DNA from: an uncultured Chloroflexia bacterium
GTDB lineage: Bacteria > Chloroflexota > Anaerolineae > Anaerolineales > RBG-16-64-43
Assembly: GCA_963780865.1 (NCBI GenBank)
Contig: CAWADT010000006.1
Span: 20,858 to 84,857 of the forward strand
Direction: 5' to 3'
Length of the DNA stretch: 64,000 nt
Made by a program: the position numbers and the translations under genes. The notes beneath the pieces were generated by a model. It made no database searches and was not told where the DNA came from. It saw only the letters and a program-made list of their open reading frames with translations. Positions 1-11,872 of the stretch are shown piece after piece; the first letter of the stretch is position 1, and each line of letters starts with the position of its first letter.

Positions 1-109
1 CTAGACCATCGGCCAGGGCATGCTCGAAGTAACTGACGTAGACCGCGTTATTCACATGGCCGTAGCTGTCACAATCGCTGGGCCGGATCTGCAACGGAAG
101 GATCTTCAT
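1..109 (-). CDS. acyl-CoA thioesterase (4HBT/YbgC-like hotdog fold), N-terminal part only; gene runs off the left edge
   Basis: Reverse-strand ATG at 109-107, then MKILPLQIRPSDCDSYGHVNNAVYVSYFEHALADGL. The D-x-x-GHVNNxxY pattern is typical of hotdog thioesterases. Absent from the ORF track because it is truncated. Confidence 0.45.
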   Translation of the reverse strand, partial: MKILPLQIRPSDCDSYGHVNNAVYVSYFEHALADGL

Positions 110-258
110 CGTCGGGTTTTCCTGCTCTCTCTTTAGCGCCGTGGGTGAATTGTATCAACCCTCGCCCGCGGTCAAGCGAGGAACGGCCGACGGCGGCGGT
201 TTTCCTGGCATCCGCTCTTGCGGGCGCCCGAGGAGCCGGACCTTCTGCGCGGGGCAAA

Positions 259-987
259 TTAAAACGATGTGCCATTAACCAACGTCCAGAAGATGACCGG
301 GCCCCAAGAAGAACGAGTGCCTTTCAGTAATAGTCCCACAAGTAATCCGATGAAAAACATTATTAACACATTGGGGATGGCGCCCAATCCATAGAAGAAG
401 ATATTAAACAGATGCGGCAATGCCCAGAGGATCGAGGTAATAAATACTCCCCGCGAAAAAATCCCCGCTTGGCCTCCAAGCGAATTATCAAAAGCGAGGA
501 TCAAATACACGACAAAGATGGCTTCTCCCGGGCCGTAGGCCAACAAAGCGGAAATCGCTGCAAGCATGTTCCAAGGTTGAGGCAGGCTTAAGGATTGAGT
601 GAAGGCCGGCACTTCTCCCATAAAACGTCCGCCCATGAGCTTTCCGGAAAGAAAAATTCTTACCCCCGCCAGAAGCATCGCCAAAAGGATTCCCAGGATG
701 AGGCTAACTGTTCGATGTTGCCATTTGGCGGGAGCGGCAGTTTTATTTTTCAATCGAAAAAATAGGAAGACCGCTGGAAGATCCATAGCCAATTGTCCGA
801 TCGTTCCGACAACGTAAATGTGATTTGTTAAATAATCCTTTGATCCATGAAGGAAGAGCGCCGGCCAGAGCAATACCAGGGCGGAAATCAAAAGCGATAA
901 TCCATAAACTACGAGGGGAAAAAGAAGCGAATATTTCGTTGGGGCCGCTTGTATTTGGCTTGGGTCGTCCTTCATCCTATACCTCAT
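259..987 (-). CDS. polytopic membrane protein, function unknown
   Basis: 242-aa ORF with 6-7 hydrophobic segments. The tail resembles CPBP/Abi only weakly (LWALPHLFN, WTLVNG), which is not enough to name a family. Confidence 0.55.
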   Translation of the reverse strand: MRYRMKDDPSQIQAAPTKYSLLFPLVVYGLSLLISALVLLWPALFLHGSKDYLTNHIYVVGTIGQLAMDLPAVFLFFRLKNKTAAPAKWQHRTVSLILGILLAMLLAGVRIFLSGKLMGGRFMGEVPAFTQSLSLPQPWNMLAAISALLAYGPGEAIFVVYLILAFDNSLGGQAGIFSRGVFITSILWALPHLFNIFFYGLGAIPNVLIMFFIGLLVGLLLKGTRSSWGPVIFWTLVNGTSF

Positions 988-1048
988 GGTGATAAGCGCC
1001 GGCTTCTGGTTTAGGCGGCCGTGTTATCCTGTGAACTTCGGCCTTGAG

Positions 1049-1678
1049 TCAACCGGTTTCCGGCAAGCCGTCAAAAAAATCCACGACCCCCGTTTCCAGT
1101 GCATACTCGGCGGCTACGATCCGAAGCTCGTCGTTGTGGATGCGTTGCTCGAGGATCGGTGAATCCTGCCGCAGACGGTTTATCGAAGCGCGGATGTTCG
1201 TGCGAACGGCTTGCCGTACCAGTTCATCCGGATTGTGGCGGAGCTCAGAATCCGGCAACCTTTCAACGGAAGGCCGGATCCGATCTATGATCGAACGGAG
1301 ATTCGGCGATAAGTTGTCCGTCGGATGCTCAATTTCGCTAAGGGCGGCCAGGACGGCTCCGCAATGTGAATGGCCCAGAACGACGATCAGCCGGGTGCCG
1401 AACCGTTCCGCCGCGTACTCGACGCTGCCGGTTTGGGAGGGAGTGACGATATTCCCCGCCACGCGGACGACAAAAAGGTCCCCCGGGCCCTGGTCGAAGA
1501 TGATTTCCACCGGCACCCGCGAATCGGAACACCCGAGAACTACGGCGAACGGCGATTGCCCCGCCACCAATTCGCTGCGTCTTGAGCAGATTGAGACTGT
1601 GCTACGGATCGGCGCGTCCGACACAAAACGCCGATTCCCCTCCCGCAGGCGTTCCAGCGCTTCCTGCGCCGATGGCAT
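1049..1678 (-). CDS. beta-class carbonic anhydrase
   Basis: Zinc-ligand motifs CSDSR and HSHCGA plus FVVRVAGN. Start moved to the internal ATG at 1678 (MPSAQEALERL), which follows a GGAGG. Confidence 0.85.
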   Translation of the reverse strand: MPSAQEALERLREGNRRFVSDAPIRSTVSICSRRSELVAGQSPFAVVLGCSDSRVPVEIIFDQGPGDLFVVRVAGNIVTPSQTGSVEYAAERFGTRLIVVLGHSHCGAVLAALSEIEHPTDNLSPNLRSIIDRIRPSVERLPDSELRHNPDELVRQAVRTNIRASINRLRQDSPILEQRIHNDELRIVAAEYALETGVVDFFDGLPETG

Positions 1679-1992
1679 TATGGTGTATTCACCTCCGCAG
1701 GATCCTCTGCCCAACATCCTCGAGAACGCGTTCCATCGGAAAATCGATTTCATAGCATTCCAGGATGCGAGGCATTGTTCTCCATGAAACTACTCAGGTA
1801 TGGTTTTCCATTTATTCATGGAAAATTCAGATTATTTTCGCAAAGCCGAGATTGGGAAGGCGGAGGATACCCCGGCATAAAAAAGATGGGTGGGGAGGCT
1901 GGTGGCCTTCTATTGCTCAGGGGTAAGCAATAACTGCTGCGATGATGCCGTTTCGATGGCGGCCGCGTAAACCTTCCACTCGCGCGCCCGAC

Positions 1993-2406
1993 TCACCCCT
2001 TGCGATATTTCCGCGCCGCGTCCAGCCGCAGCTGCGAGCGGCGCAGGGAGGTCATCGCCTTGAGGTAGGCCTCGTTGGTCTGGTCCGGCGCGTGCTTGAG
2101 CATTTCCTCGGCCCGCGCCTTGGCCGCCTCGGCCCGCGCCACGTCGATCTCCTCCACCCGTTCGCCCACGTCCGCCAGCACCGTCACCGCGTCCGGCAGC
2201 ACCTCCATGATCCCGCCCGCGATCGCGAAGGCTTCCTCCCGGCCGGCTTGCTTTACCACCAGCACGCCGTAGGTGAGCGAAGTCAGGAGCGGCGTATGGT
2301 GCGGAAAAATCCCGAGCAGACCTTCGCTGCCGGGGGCGACGACCATATCCGCGTCCCCGGAGAAGAGCGATCGATCCTGGCTGACGATATCGCAATGGAT
2401 GGGCAA
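1993..2406 (-). CDS. atpC: F1 ATP synthase epsilon subunit
   Basis: 137 aa. DIVSQDRSLFSGDADMVVAPGSEGLLGIFPHHTPLLT followed by a helical C-terminus. Lies directly downstream of atpD. Confidence 0.9.
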   Translation of the reverse strand: MPIHCDIVSQDRSLFSGDADMVVAPGSEGLLGIFPHHTPLLTSLTYGVLVVKQAGREEAFAIAGGIMEVLPDAVTVLADVGERVEEIDVARAEAAKARAEEMLKHAPDQTNEAYLKAMTSLRRSQLRLDAARKYRKG

Positions 2407-2424
2407 GTTCGAGTCCTTTTTATT

Positions 2425-2517
2425 CCCTCATCCCGTCGGGAGAGCACCGACTCCCTTCTCCCAGCGCCTGCCCCTGCGAAGCGGGGGTATGGTGGGAGAA
2501 GGGTTGGGGATGAGGGG
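2425..2517. repeat. REP-like imperfect palindrome (ccctcatcc ... cttctccca ... tgggagaagg ... ggatgaggg) in the atpD-atpC spacer
   Basis: Inverted arms read directly from the sequence. The same arm sequences recur at 6992-7076. Confidence 0.6.
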
Positions 2518-2519
2518 TG

Positions 2520-3965
<1,446 letters not shown>

Positions 3966-4011
3966 TTATTAAGTTCTTCTTCGTGCTTTTCGTGTCCTTC
4001 GTGGATTTTCT

Positions 4012-4906
4012 TCATCCCACCCGTCCTGCTCCTTGCGCGGCGAGTGCCTCCGTGCCGGCGGCGATGTCGAGCAAATCGCCGGTGATGCTTTCCTGGCGCG
4101 CCTTGTTGTACTCCAATTGCAATCCGCCGATCAGTTCGCCCGCGTTCTCGGTGGCGTTGCGCATCGTCACCATCCGCGCCGCGTGTTCGCTGGCCAGGCT
4201 CTCGAGGATCGATTTCATAAACCTCGACCGAAACCAGATGATGGATCGCGGTGTCAAGCAGTTGGGTTTGGCCGGGCTCGAATAAATACACCGGCCTGGC
4301 GCCGCCGGGGGCTTCCTCCGCCGGCGCCGCCAGACCCGAGAGGGGCAGAAGCTGCTGCACGGCGGTTTGCTGGTGGATCAGATTGATGAATTGGGTGAAG
4401 ACGATGAAGACTTCGTCGGCTTTGCCTTCGGCATATTCTTCGATCGCCAACCGCCCGATCGGCGAAAGGTCCGCGTAGGAGGGGGCGGGCGGCAGGTTGC
4501 TGAATTCGGCGGTGATGGGCACGCCCGCGCGGCGGAGCATCTCGCGTCCTTTGCGGCCGATGACGATGTAATGGACGGTAGCCTGCGAATCCGCGAAGGT
4601 GCTCAGCGCCCGGCGCACGACGCTCGCATTGTAGGCGCCCGCCAGCCCGCGGTCGCCGCTGACTACGATCGCCAGGATGTTTCGTACCGGCGCGCGCGGC
4701 GTAAGCATCGGGTGCTTGATCGTGTTGCGCCGGCCGGCCAGATGCCCCAGCACCTCGAGCGCTTTGGTCGCGTAGGGCCTCGTGGCCAGCACCGCCGCCT
4801 GCGCGTGGCGTACTTTGCTCGCGCTCACCGTTTGCAGCGCGCGGGTCACTTGGGCGATGTTCCGGACGCTCCGGATGCGGAGCCGCATTTCGCGGAGGGA
4901 GGCCAT
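4012..4906 (-). CDS. atpG: F1 ATP synthase gamma subunit, reading frame broken once (T3/A3 run at 4213-4215)
   Basis: The N-terminal 225 aa ([25 protein letters not shown]...) lie in ORF 3914-4906. The conserved C-terminus [23 protein letters not shown]...[12 protein letters not shown] lies in ORF 4012-4257. Removing one A from GAAATCG joins ...VSVEVYE to [10 protein letters not shown]. Confidence 0.85.
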
Positions 4907-5003
4907 CGGCTATCCCGCTCCGCGGGAGGAAAAAATCACGACAGCTTGCAGCGAAGGCTTCCGGCCGGTATGGATTGGCTGGGTGCGGAAAAACAAAAAG
5001 GAT

Positions 5004-5092
5004 GTCATTGCGAGCGACCGAAGGGAGCGAAGCAATCTGGTTTTCGCGTCAGAAAAATCAGATTGCTTCGTCGCTTCGCTCCTCGCAATGAC
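5004..5092. repeat. MITE-like palindromic element (gtcattgcgagcgacc ... gaagcaatct / agattgcttc ... ctcgcaatgac) in the atpA-atpG spacer
   Basis: Near-perfect inverted arms. An expanded relative sits at 63545-63746. Confidence 0.6.
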
Positions 5093-5150
5093 AAAGTCTG
5101 ACATTTTCCGCACCATGTTTGGGATCCTGTGCGCATCATCATGCGGTCGC

Positions 5151-6812
<1,662 letters not shown>

Positions 6813-6991
6813 CGAGGAACCTATGGTCGAATTGAAATTCTCCCTATGTGGGATTATCTTGGCATGCCCTTGGACCACAATCCTTTATACGCGGATTTCG
6901 CCGATTTTTCGGATTTCTAAGAATTCATATATCTACTCAGCCCAACCCAAGCTGGAAGGAATATCACGGGATTGATGCCCGGTTTTTCTCT

Positions 6992-7076
6992 CCCTCATCC
7001 GGCCTTCCCCCCGGAAAATCACCAAGGGTCCGGCCACCTTCTCCCAGCATAAGCCGGGAGAAGGACGGGATGAGGG
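6992..7076. repeat. REP-like palindrome, same family as 2425-2517
   Basis: Shares the ccctcatcc ... ttctcccag ... gggagaagg ... ggatgaggg arms. Confidence 0.55.
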
Positions 7077-7237
7077 GAAAGGCTGAGTAGTTACGAATTC
7101 ATTTAAAATTGTTTTCCCGCGCCCGCCCTCGCGCAGCGGGGGAAATCCGTTTCTTTCCGGTACTCCGCGTACTGCATTTTCCAAGTTGAGTCATTGCCAC
7201 TTACTTTGTATGGTGGTCGGTCAACCGCTCCATCGGA

Positions 7238-8308
7238 TTACGCCGTCAGCGAGGCGGCCGTGACGGCGTCCAGTTTGCGCAAAACCGCCGTCACCAGTTT
7301 CAACGCCGCGTCGTAATCGTCGCGGTGAATGATGCTTGAGTGAGAATGGATGTGGCGGGCCGGAACGCCGAGCACAACGGTGGGCACGCCGACTTTATGC
7401 AGATGGATGGCCGCGCCGTCGGTGGCGCCGCCCTCCATGGCCGAAACCTGCAGCGGGAGCCCCAGGTCGCGCGCGGTGTCCATCAACAGATCGCGCAGCT
7501 TCAGGTTGGGGATCATGCGCGCGTCGTAGAGCAGCACCGACGGTCCCTTGCCGAGTTTCACCGCCGACTGGTCCTCGGTGATCCCCGGCACGTCGCCGGC
7601 GATGTCGGATTCGAGCACGATGGCGGCGTCCGGATCGACGGCTTCCACGCTGGTGGTGGCGCCGCGCACGCCCACTTCCTCCATCACGGTTGCCACGCCG
7701 CAGACGGTGTTGGGATGGCCCGCGGTCTTAAGCGCTTCCAGCGTCTGGATCATGAGCGCTACGCCGACCCGGTCGTCGAACGCCTTGGATAGGTAGGTTT
7801 TGCCGCCGGAAAGAACAGCGAAGCCCGCCTGCGGAATGACCGGATCGCCGGGACGCACGCCGGCCTGCTCGACTTCCTCCTTGGAGGTGGCTCCGATGTC
7901 GATGTACATATCTTTCTTGGGCACAACTTTTTCGCGCTCGTCGGCCGGCAGCAGGTGCGGCGGCTTGGCGCCGATCACGCCCTGCACGTCGCCCCTGGCG
8001 GTTTGAACGATCACGCGCTGCCCCAGGAGCACCTGGTCGAACCATCCGCCCAGGGGGACGAACTTGAGAAAGCCCTCCTTGGAGATCAGCTTGACCATGA
8101 ACCCGATCTCGTCCATGTGGCCCGCGATCATGATCACCGGAGCTTTGGCGGCGCCGGTCTGCCGGCAGATCAGGCTGCCGATCTTGTCTTTTTCGATCGT
8201 CCCGAGGCCTGTTAAGCGTTTTTCGACCAGGGCGCGGATTTCGGCTTCATGCCCCGAAACGCCCGAAGCTTCGGTGAGCTCCTTAAGAAGAAGGGTTGTC
8301 GAATCCAT
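7238..8308 (-). CDS. M42 family aminopeptidase (FrvX/CelM-like)
   Basis: 356 aa. SGVSGHE, IMIAGHMDEIGFMV, FDDRVG and EEVGVRGA are the metal-ligand blocks of M42 peptidases. Confidence 0.85.
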   Translation of the reverse strand: MDSTTLLLKELTEASGVSGHEAEIRALVEKRLTGLGTIEKDKIGSLICRQTGAAKAPVIMIAGHMDEIGFMVKLISKEGFLKFVPLGGWFDQVLLGQRVIVQTARGDVQGVIGAKPPHLLPADEREKVVPKKDMYIDIGATSKEEVEQAGVRPGDPVIPQAGFAVLSGGKTYLSKAFDDRVGVALMIQTLEALKTAGHPNTVCGVATVMEEVGVRGATTSVEAVDPDAAIVLESDIAGDVPGITEDQSAVKLGKGPSVLLYDARMIPNLKLRDLLMDTARDLGLPLQVSAMEGGATDGAAIHLHKVGVPTVVLGVPARHIHSHSSIIHRDDYDAALKLVTAVLRKLDAVTAASLTA

Positions 8309-8559
8309 GGGAGGAATCCTCCAGAGAGTTGGGGAATGTTATCCCAACGGGTGTGTTTTGTCTAGCAAAGCGAGTCGGAAGCAGAGTTCCCGGCGGATGC
8401 GCTTGCGCCGGTCCGCGACCCGGACATTCATTGAACCGGCTTGTTGGGCTTCGAATAGGATGGTTATAATGAAAATCATCGCGCTGAGGTGGAGGATGGG
8501 ATCGAAAATGTTTCCTAAAAGGAATCGAGACAAAAATCCCCTCCGATAACTGGGATGGA

Positions 8560-9390
8560 ATGGCCACAAAAATAATCTGGATGTACTGGCATCAAGGTTG
8601 GGAACAGGCGCCGGATTTGGTGAAGCAATGCGCCGAATCCTGGCGTTTGAAAAACCCCGACTTCGAGATTTATTTGCTGGATCGAAACTCGGTGACGGAT
8701 TATGTTTCCTTGCCAAAGGAAATTACCTTTCGCCGCAGGAAACTCACGATTTAAAAGAATTCCAACCTAATCCGATTGGCTTTGCTTTCCAAATATGGAG
8801 GGGTTTGGTCCGACGCTTCCGTTTTCTGCAACCGGTCCTTGGGCGGATGGCTTGGCGAATATTATGGCTCCCTTTTTTTTGCTTTTCGAAATCCCGGAAA
8901 GGATCGCCTTTTAGCGAATTGGTTTCTCGCGGCAGAATCGGAAAGCGTCATCCTGCAGCGGTTATATGCCCGGTATTCGAAATATTTTGCCGATAATTCT
9001 TTCTCGAACCAAGGCACGGCGTTGGGGAAAATGCTCGTTAACTATTTCAACCGTCGATGGAACGCGGATTATCGAACCACGGGAAAATGGCTCTCCTGGT
9101 TTGCGCGAAAGATATTGCGCGTTTACCCGTATTTTATTTTTCACTACACTTTTAATCAGCTTATTCTCACCGACCCGGAATGCGCGGCGCTTTGGAATAA
9201 GGCCAAACCGTTTCCGGCCGAACCATTGCTAAGAATAAAATATCTCGATCCATCAGAGGATGGCTTGCTTCAGGCCAAACGCGAAATAGACTCTCGACTC
9301 GCACCTATGCACAAATTAAATTGGCGGATTGATAGTACAAGCAGCTTCTGGGCTACCGTGCTTCAATATTTACACGGGCAAACCGAATAA
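8560..9390 (+). pseudogene. Caps_synth-type capsular polysaccharide glycosyltransferase, copy 1, with an in-frame TAA at 8752-8754
   Basis: ORFs 8560-8754 and 8776-9390 share one frame and align end to end with the intact paralogue 10149-10979. Motifs IWxYWHQGW and LLSKYGGxWxDASV are present. TAA replaces the paralogue's CAG (10341-10343). Confidence 0.75.
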
Positions 9391-9471
9391 GCAGTATGCC
9401 TCCCAACGCCTAGCCTTTTTAATCTCATCGTGGAAAAAAGAATATCGCCGGCAATGGAGGAGTCCCCCGGT

Positions 9472-9810
9472 TTATGCGTCCGCTAGAGTTCGGCTGCCTT
9501 CAGTAGAGGTGGAGGGGGAAATCGATATACAGAATTCCGGAAATTGATAATCGCCGAGGTATCCGGTTTGCACATTCCACATGGCGTCCTCTGCGAGGCG
9601 CGTGTCCGATTCGGCGGGATAGCGGTGCGTGGAGAGATCGTCGGAGGGAATCATCGGCCGGGGGGCAAGCCCGAGTTTTTGCTAGAGGGTGTTAAAAACT
9701 TCGGCAAGATTTTCCTGCCGCCCGATAAAGAAAAAATCACCTTTCCGTAGGGATAAAAACTCTTCATTTTCAAACCAGTATTAGTATGAATCAAAAACGT
9801 GCTGGATGCC
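9472..9810 (-). pseudogene. C-terminal relic of a sulfotransferase, copy 1, with in-frame stops
   Basis: Translation ...IQHVFDSY*YWFENEEFLSLRKGDFFFIGRQENLAEVFNTL*QKLGL...PSDDLSTHRYPAE...DYQFPEFC parallels 11057-11395. Stops at 9781-9783 and 9682-9684. Confidence 0.5.
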
Positions 9811-9996
9811 AGGCACGCCCACTGCCTTCACTACAGGGGCGCAGCCGCACACGGTGTTGGGATGTCCGCCCATCTTGAGCGCTTCCAGTTTCTGGATCAT
9901 CAGCGCTAGCCCGACGCGGTCGTCGAATGACTTGCAAAGATAGGTTTTGCCGCTGGAGAGCGCCACGAGCCCCGCCTGCGGGACGACCGAATCGCC
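9811..9996 (-). pseudogene. internal fragment of the M42 peptidase gene, created by the segmental duplication
   Basis: GDSVVPQAGLVALSSGKTYLCKSFDDRVGLALMIQKLEALKMGGHPNTVCGCAPVVKAVGVPG matches peptidase residues encoded at about 7664-7850. Confidence 0.6.
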
Positions 9997-10148
9997 GTTC
10001 TCCATGCCGGATAGATTTTTATCGTGGATTTGTCGGGCTTTGAATAGATTGGATATAATGGGCAGCAACGCGCTTGTTTATGTCATTGAAAAAATAGTGT
10101 GTCCGTTGGAATCGGGGAGGATATTCTGCCTTCGGCAATCAGGATGAA

Positions 10149-10979
10149 ATGATTACAAAAAAAATCTGGCTTTACTGGCATCAGGGCTGGGAAAAAGCGC
10201 CGGATTTGGTGAAGCAATGCGCCGATTCCTGGCGTTTGAAAAACCCCGATTACGAAATCCATTTGCTGGATCAAAATTCCGTGGCCGAATATATTTCCTT
10301 TCCAAAGGAAATTGATTTTCGGCGCAAGAAACTCACGGTTCAGAAGATTTCAAATTTAACCCGATTGGGCTTGCTTTCCAAATATGGTGGGGCGTGGGCC
10401 GACGCTTCCGTCTTCTGCAACCGGCCGTTAAGCGAATGGCTGGGGGAGTATTATGGCTCCCATTTTTTTGCTTTTCGAAACGCCGCGAAGGACCGGATAT
10501 TATCCAATTGGTTCCTTGCGGCGGAATCGGATAGCGTCATCCTTCAGCGATTGTCGGAGAGGATGTTCAAGTATTTTTCGGAAAATTCCTTTTCGAACCA
10601 AGGCACAAATTTTGGGAAATTGCTACTAAAATACTTCAACCTTCGATGGAACAAGGATATCCAGAGCACACGAAACTGGCAATCCTGGTTCGCGCGCAAG
10701 ATGTTGCGCGTTTACCCATATTATATTTTTCACTACATCTTTAACGAGCTCATATTCACCGATTCGGAATGCGGCGCGCTTTGGAATCAAGCTAAGCCGT
10801 TTCCCGCCAGACATACGCTGAGATTAAAACGACCGGAGGAATCAGAGGAGGAGATTCTCCGCGCCAAACGCGAAATAGATTCCCGCCTCGCGCCCATGTA
10901 TAAATTAAATTGGCGGATAGATACTACGAGCGCCTTCTGGACTACCCTGCTCGAGTATTTGCGGGAACAACCGAAATAA
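10149..10979 (+). CDS. Caps_synth-type capsular polysaccharide glycosyltransferase, copy 2 (intact)
   Basis: 276 aa uninterrupted. KIWLYWHQGWEKAPDLVKQC...LLSKYGGAWADASVFCNRPL. Confidence 0.8.
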   Translation: MITKKIWLYWHQGWEKAPDLVKQCADSWRLKNPDYEIHLLDQNSVAEYISFPKEIDFRRKKLTVQKISNLTRLGLLSKYGGAWADASVFCNRPLSEWLGEYYGSHFFAFRNAAKDRILSNWFLAAESDSVILQRLSERMFKYFSENSFSNQGTNFGKLLLKYFNLRWNKDIQSTRNWQSWFARKMLRVYPYYIFHYIFNELIFTDSECGALWNQAKPFPARHTLRLKRPEESEEEILRAKREIDSRLAPMYKLNWRIDTTSAFWTTLLEYLREQPK

Positions 10980-11056
10980 GCCGTATCTCTACCGATGGCT
11001 TGAGGTTTTCGGCCCGAACAAAACGGGATTATTTTTCCGGGAAGTGACTTCTATCC

Positions 11057-11814
11057 CTACGTGTTCGCAGCAATCCGTTCGTCGGAAACCGACGGGAAGT
11101 CGAAAACCGATGAACAGAATTCCAGAAATTGATAATCCCTTCCATACCATGCTTTCAAGTTGCGTACGGTTTCTTCCTCGAGGTGTTTGCCCAAATCGGC
11201 GGGATTGCGGTGCGCGGAGAGATCGTCGGAGGGTAGGGGCAAGCCGGCAGCAAGTCCGAGTTTTTTCTTCAAGATATCAAAATCGACACCTAGATTCTCC
11301 TGCCTCCCGATGAAGAAAATATCCCGTTTTCTTTAGGGCAGAGACGCTTCGTTTTCAAACCAGTACCAGAAAGAATCGCGAACGTGTTGGATGCCGCGCA
11401 TGGCTCGCTCCGCCACAGCTTTTTTCTACTGAGAGCCGGGCGAAAGCGCCAGGGCCAGTTCATTGGGCGAATGAAAAATACCAAACGCCTCCGCCGCGCT
11501 CTAGGGCGAGTAGATGCGCGGCCGGCTTTGGTGTTGGCGCGAGTAGAAACCGCTGTCGAAGCGGTTGAGAGGATCCCGGAGGAGAAAGAAAACCTGCTCG
11601 CCTTCGGGAACGTCGCGCAGCCGATCCGGTGTGGATGCAGAAAAATGGCGTAGCGCTGCGTGACCGGCTGATTTTGCAGCGCGAACTTCATCGCTGTGCC
11701 GCCCGTCTCTCCGACGTGGAGCGTGTGGACGAATTGCTTTCCTTGCAAACGGTTAATCCTCAGGCGCAGAACGGCTTGCTGTGACGGAGAACCTTCACGC
11801 GGCATGCATACCAT
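11057..11814 (-). pseudogene. sulfotransferase (FVHxxKTGGT-type family), copy 2; one frameshift and three in-frame stops
   Basis: FVHTLHVGETGGTAMKFAL, then after a shift near 11615-11630 FFLLRDPLNRFDSGFYSRQ. In-frame TAG at 11501-11503, TAG at 11426-11428 and TAA at 11333-11335. The C-terminus IFFIGRQENLGVDFDILKKKLGL...DYQFLEFC stays in that same frame. Confidence 0.6.
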
Positions 11815-11872
11815 CCTAATCGCGAACGTTCGGACCGACAGCGGCCGTGATGGTTAATGAAGTGGAAGAAGG

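Noticed and set aside
1044-1787. 247-aa plus-strand ORF overlapping the carbonic anhydrase gene.
   Set aside because: It is antisense to a gene with clear beta-CA zinc-ligand motifs, and its sequence is Ser/Arg-rich with no recognisable motifs.
4205-4225. Programmed ribosomal frameshift in atpG.
   Set aside because: No slippery heptamer plus downstream structure is apparent. The break is a one-base length change in a short homopolymer, and similar breaks are scattered through unrelated genes. An indel error is more likely.
8752-8754. In-frame TAA/TAG codons (also at 9682, 9781, 11333, 11426, 11501 and 63049) as evidence of stop-codon reassignment or programmed readthrough.
   Set aside because: TAA and TAG terminate conserved genes at the expected positions; atpD ends in TAA and pyrB in TAG. 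The affected genes are redundant paralogues, so ordinary pseudogenisation is the simpler reading.
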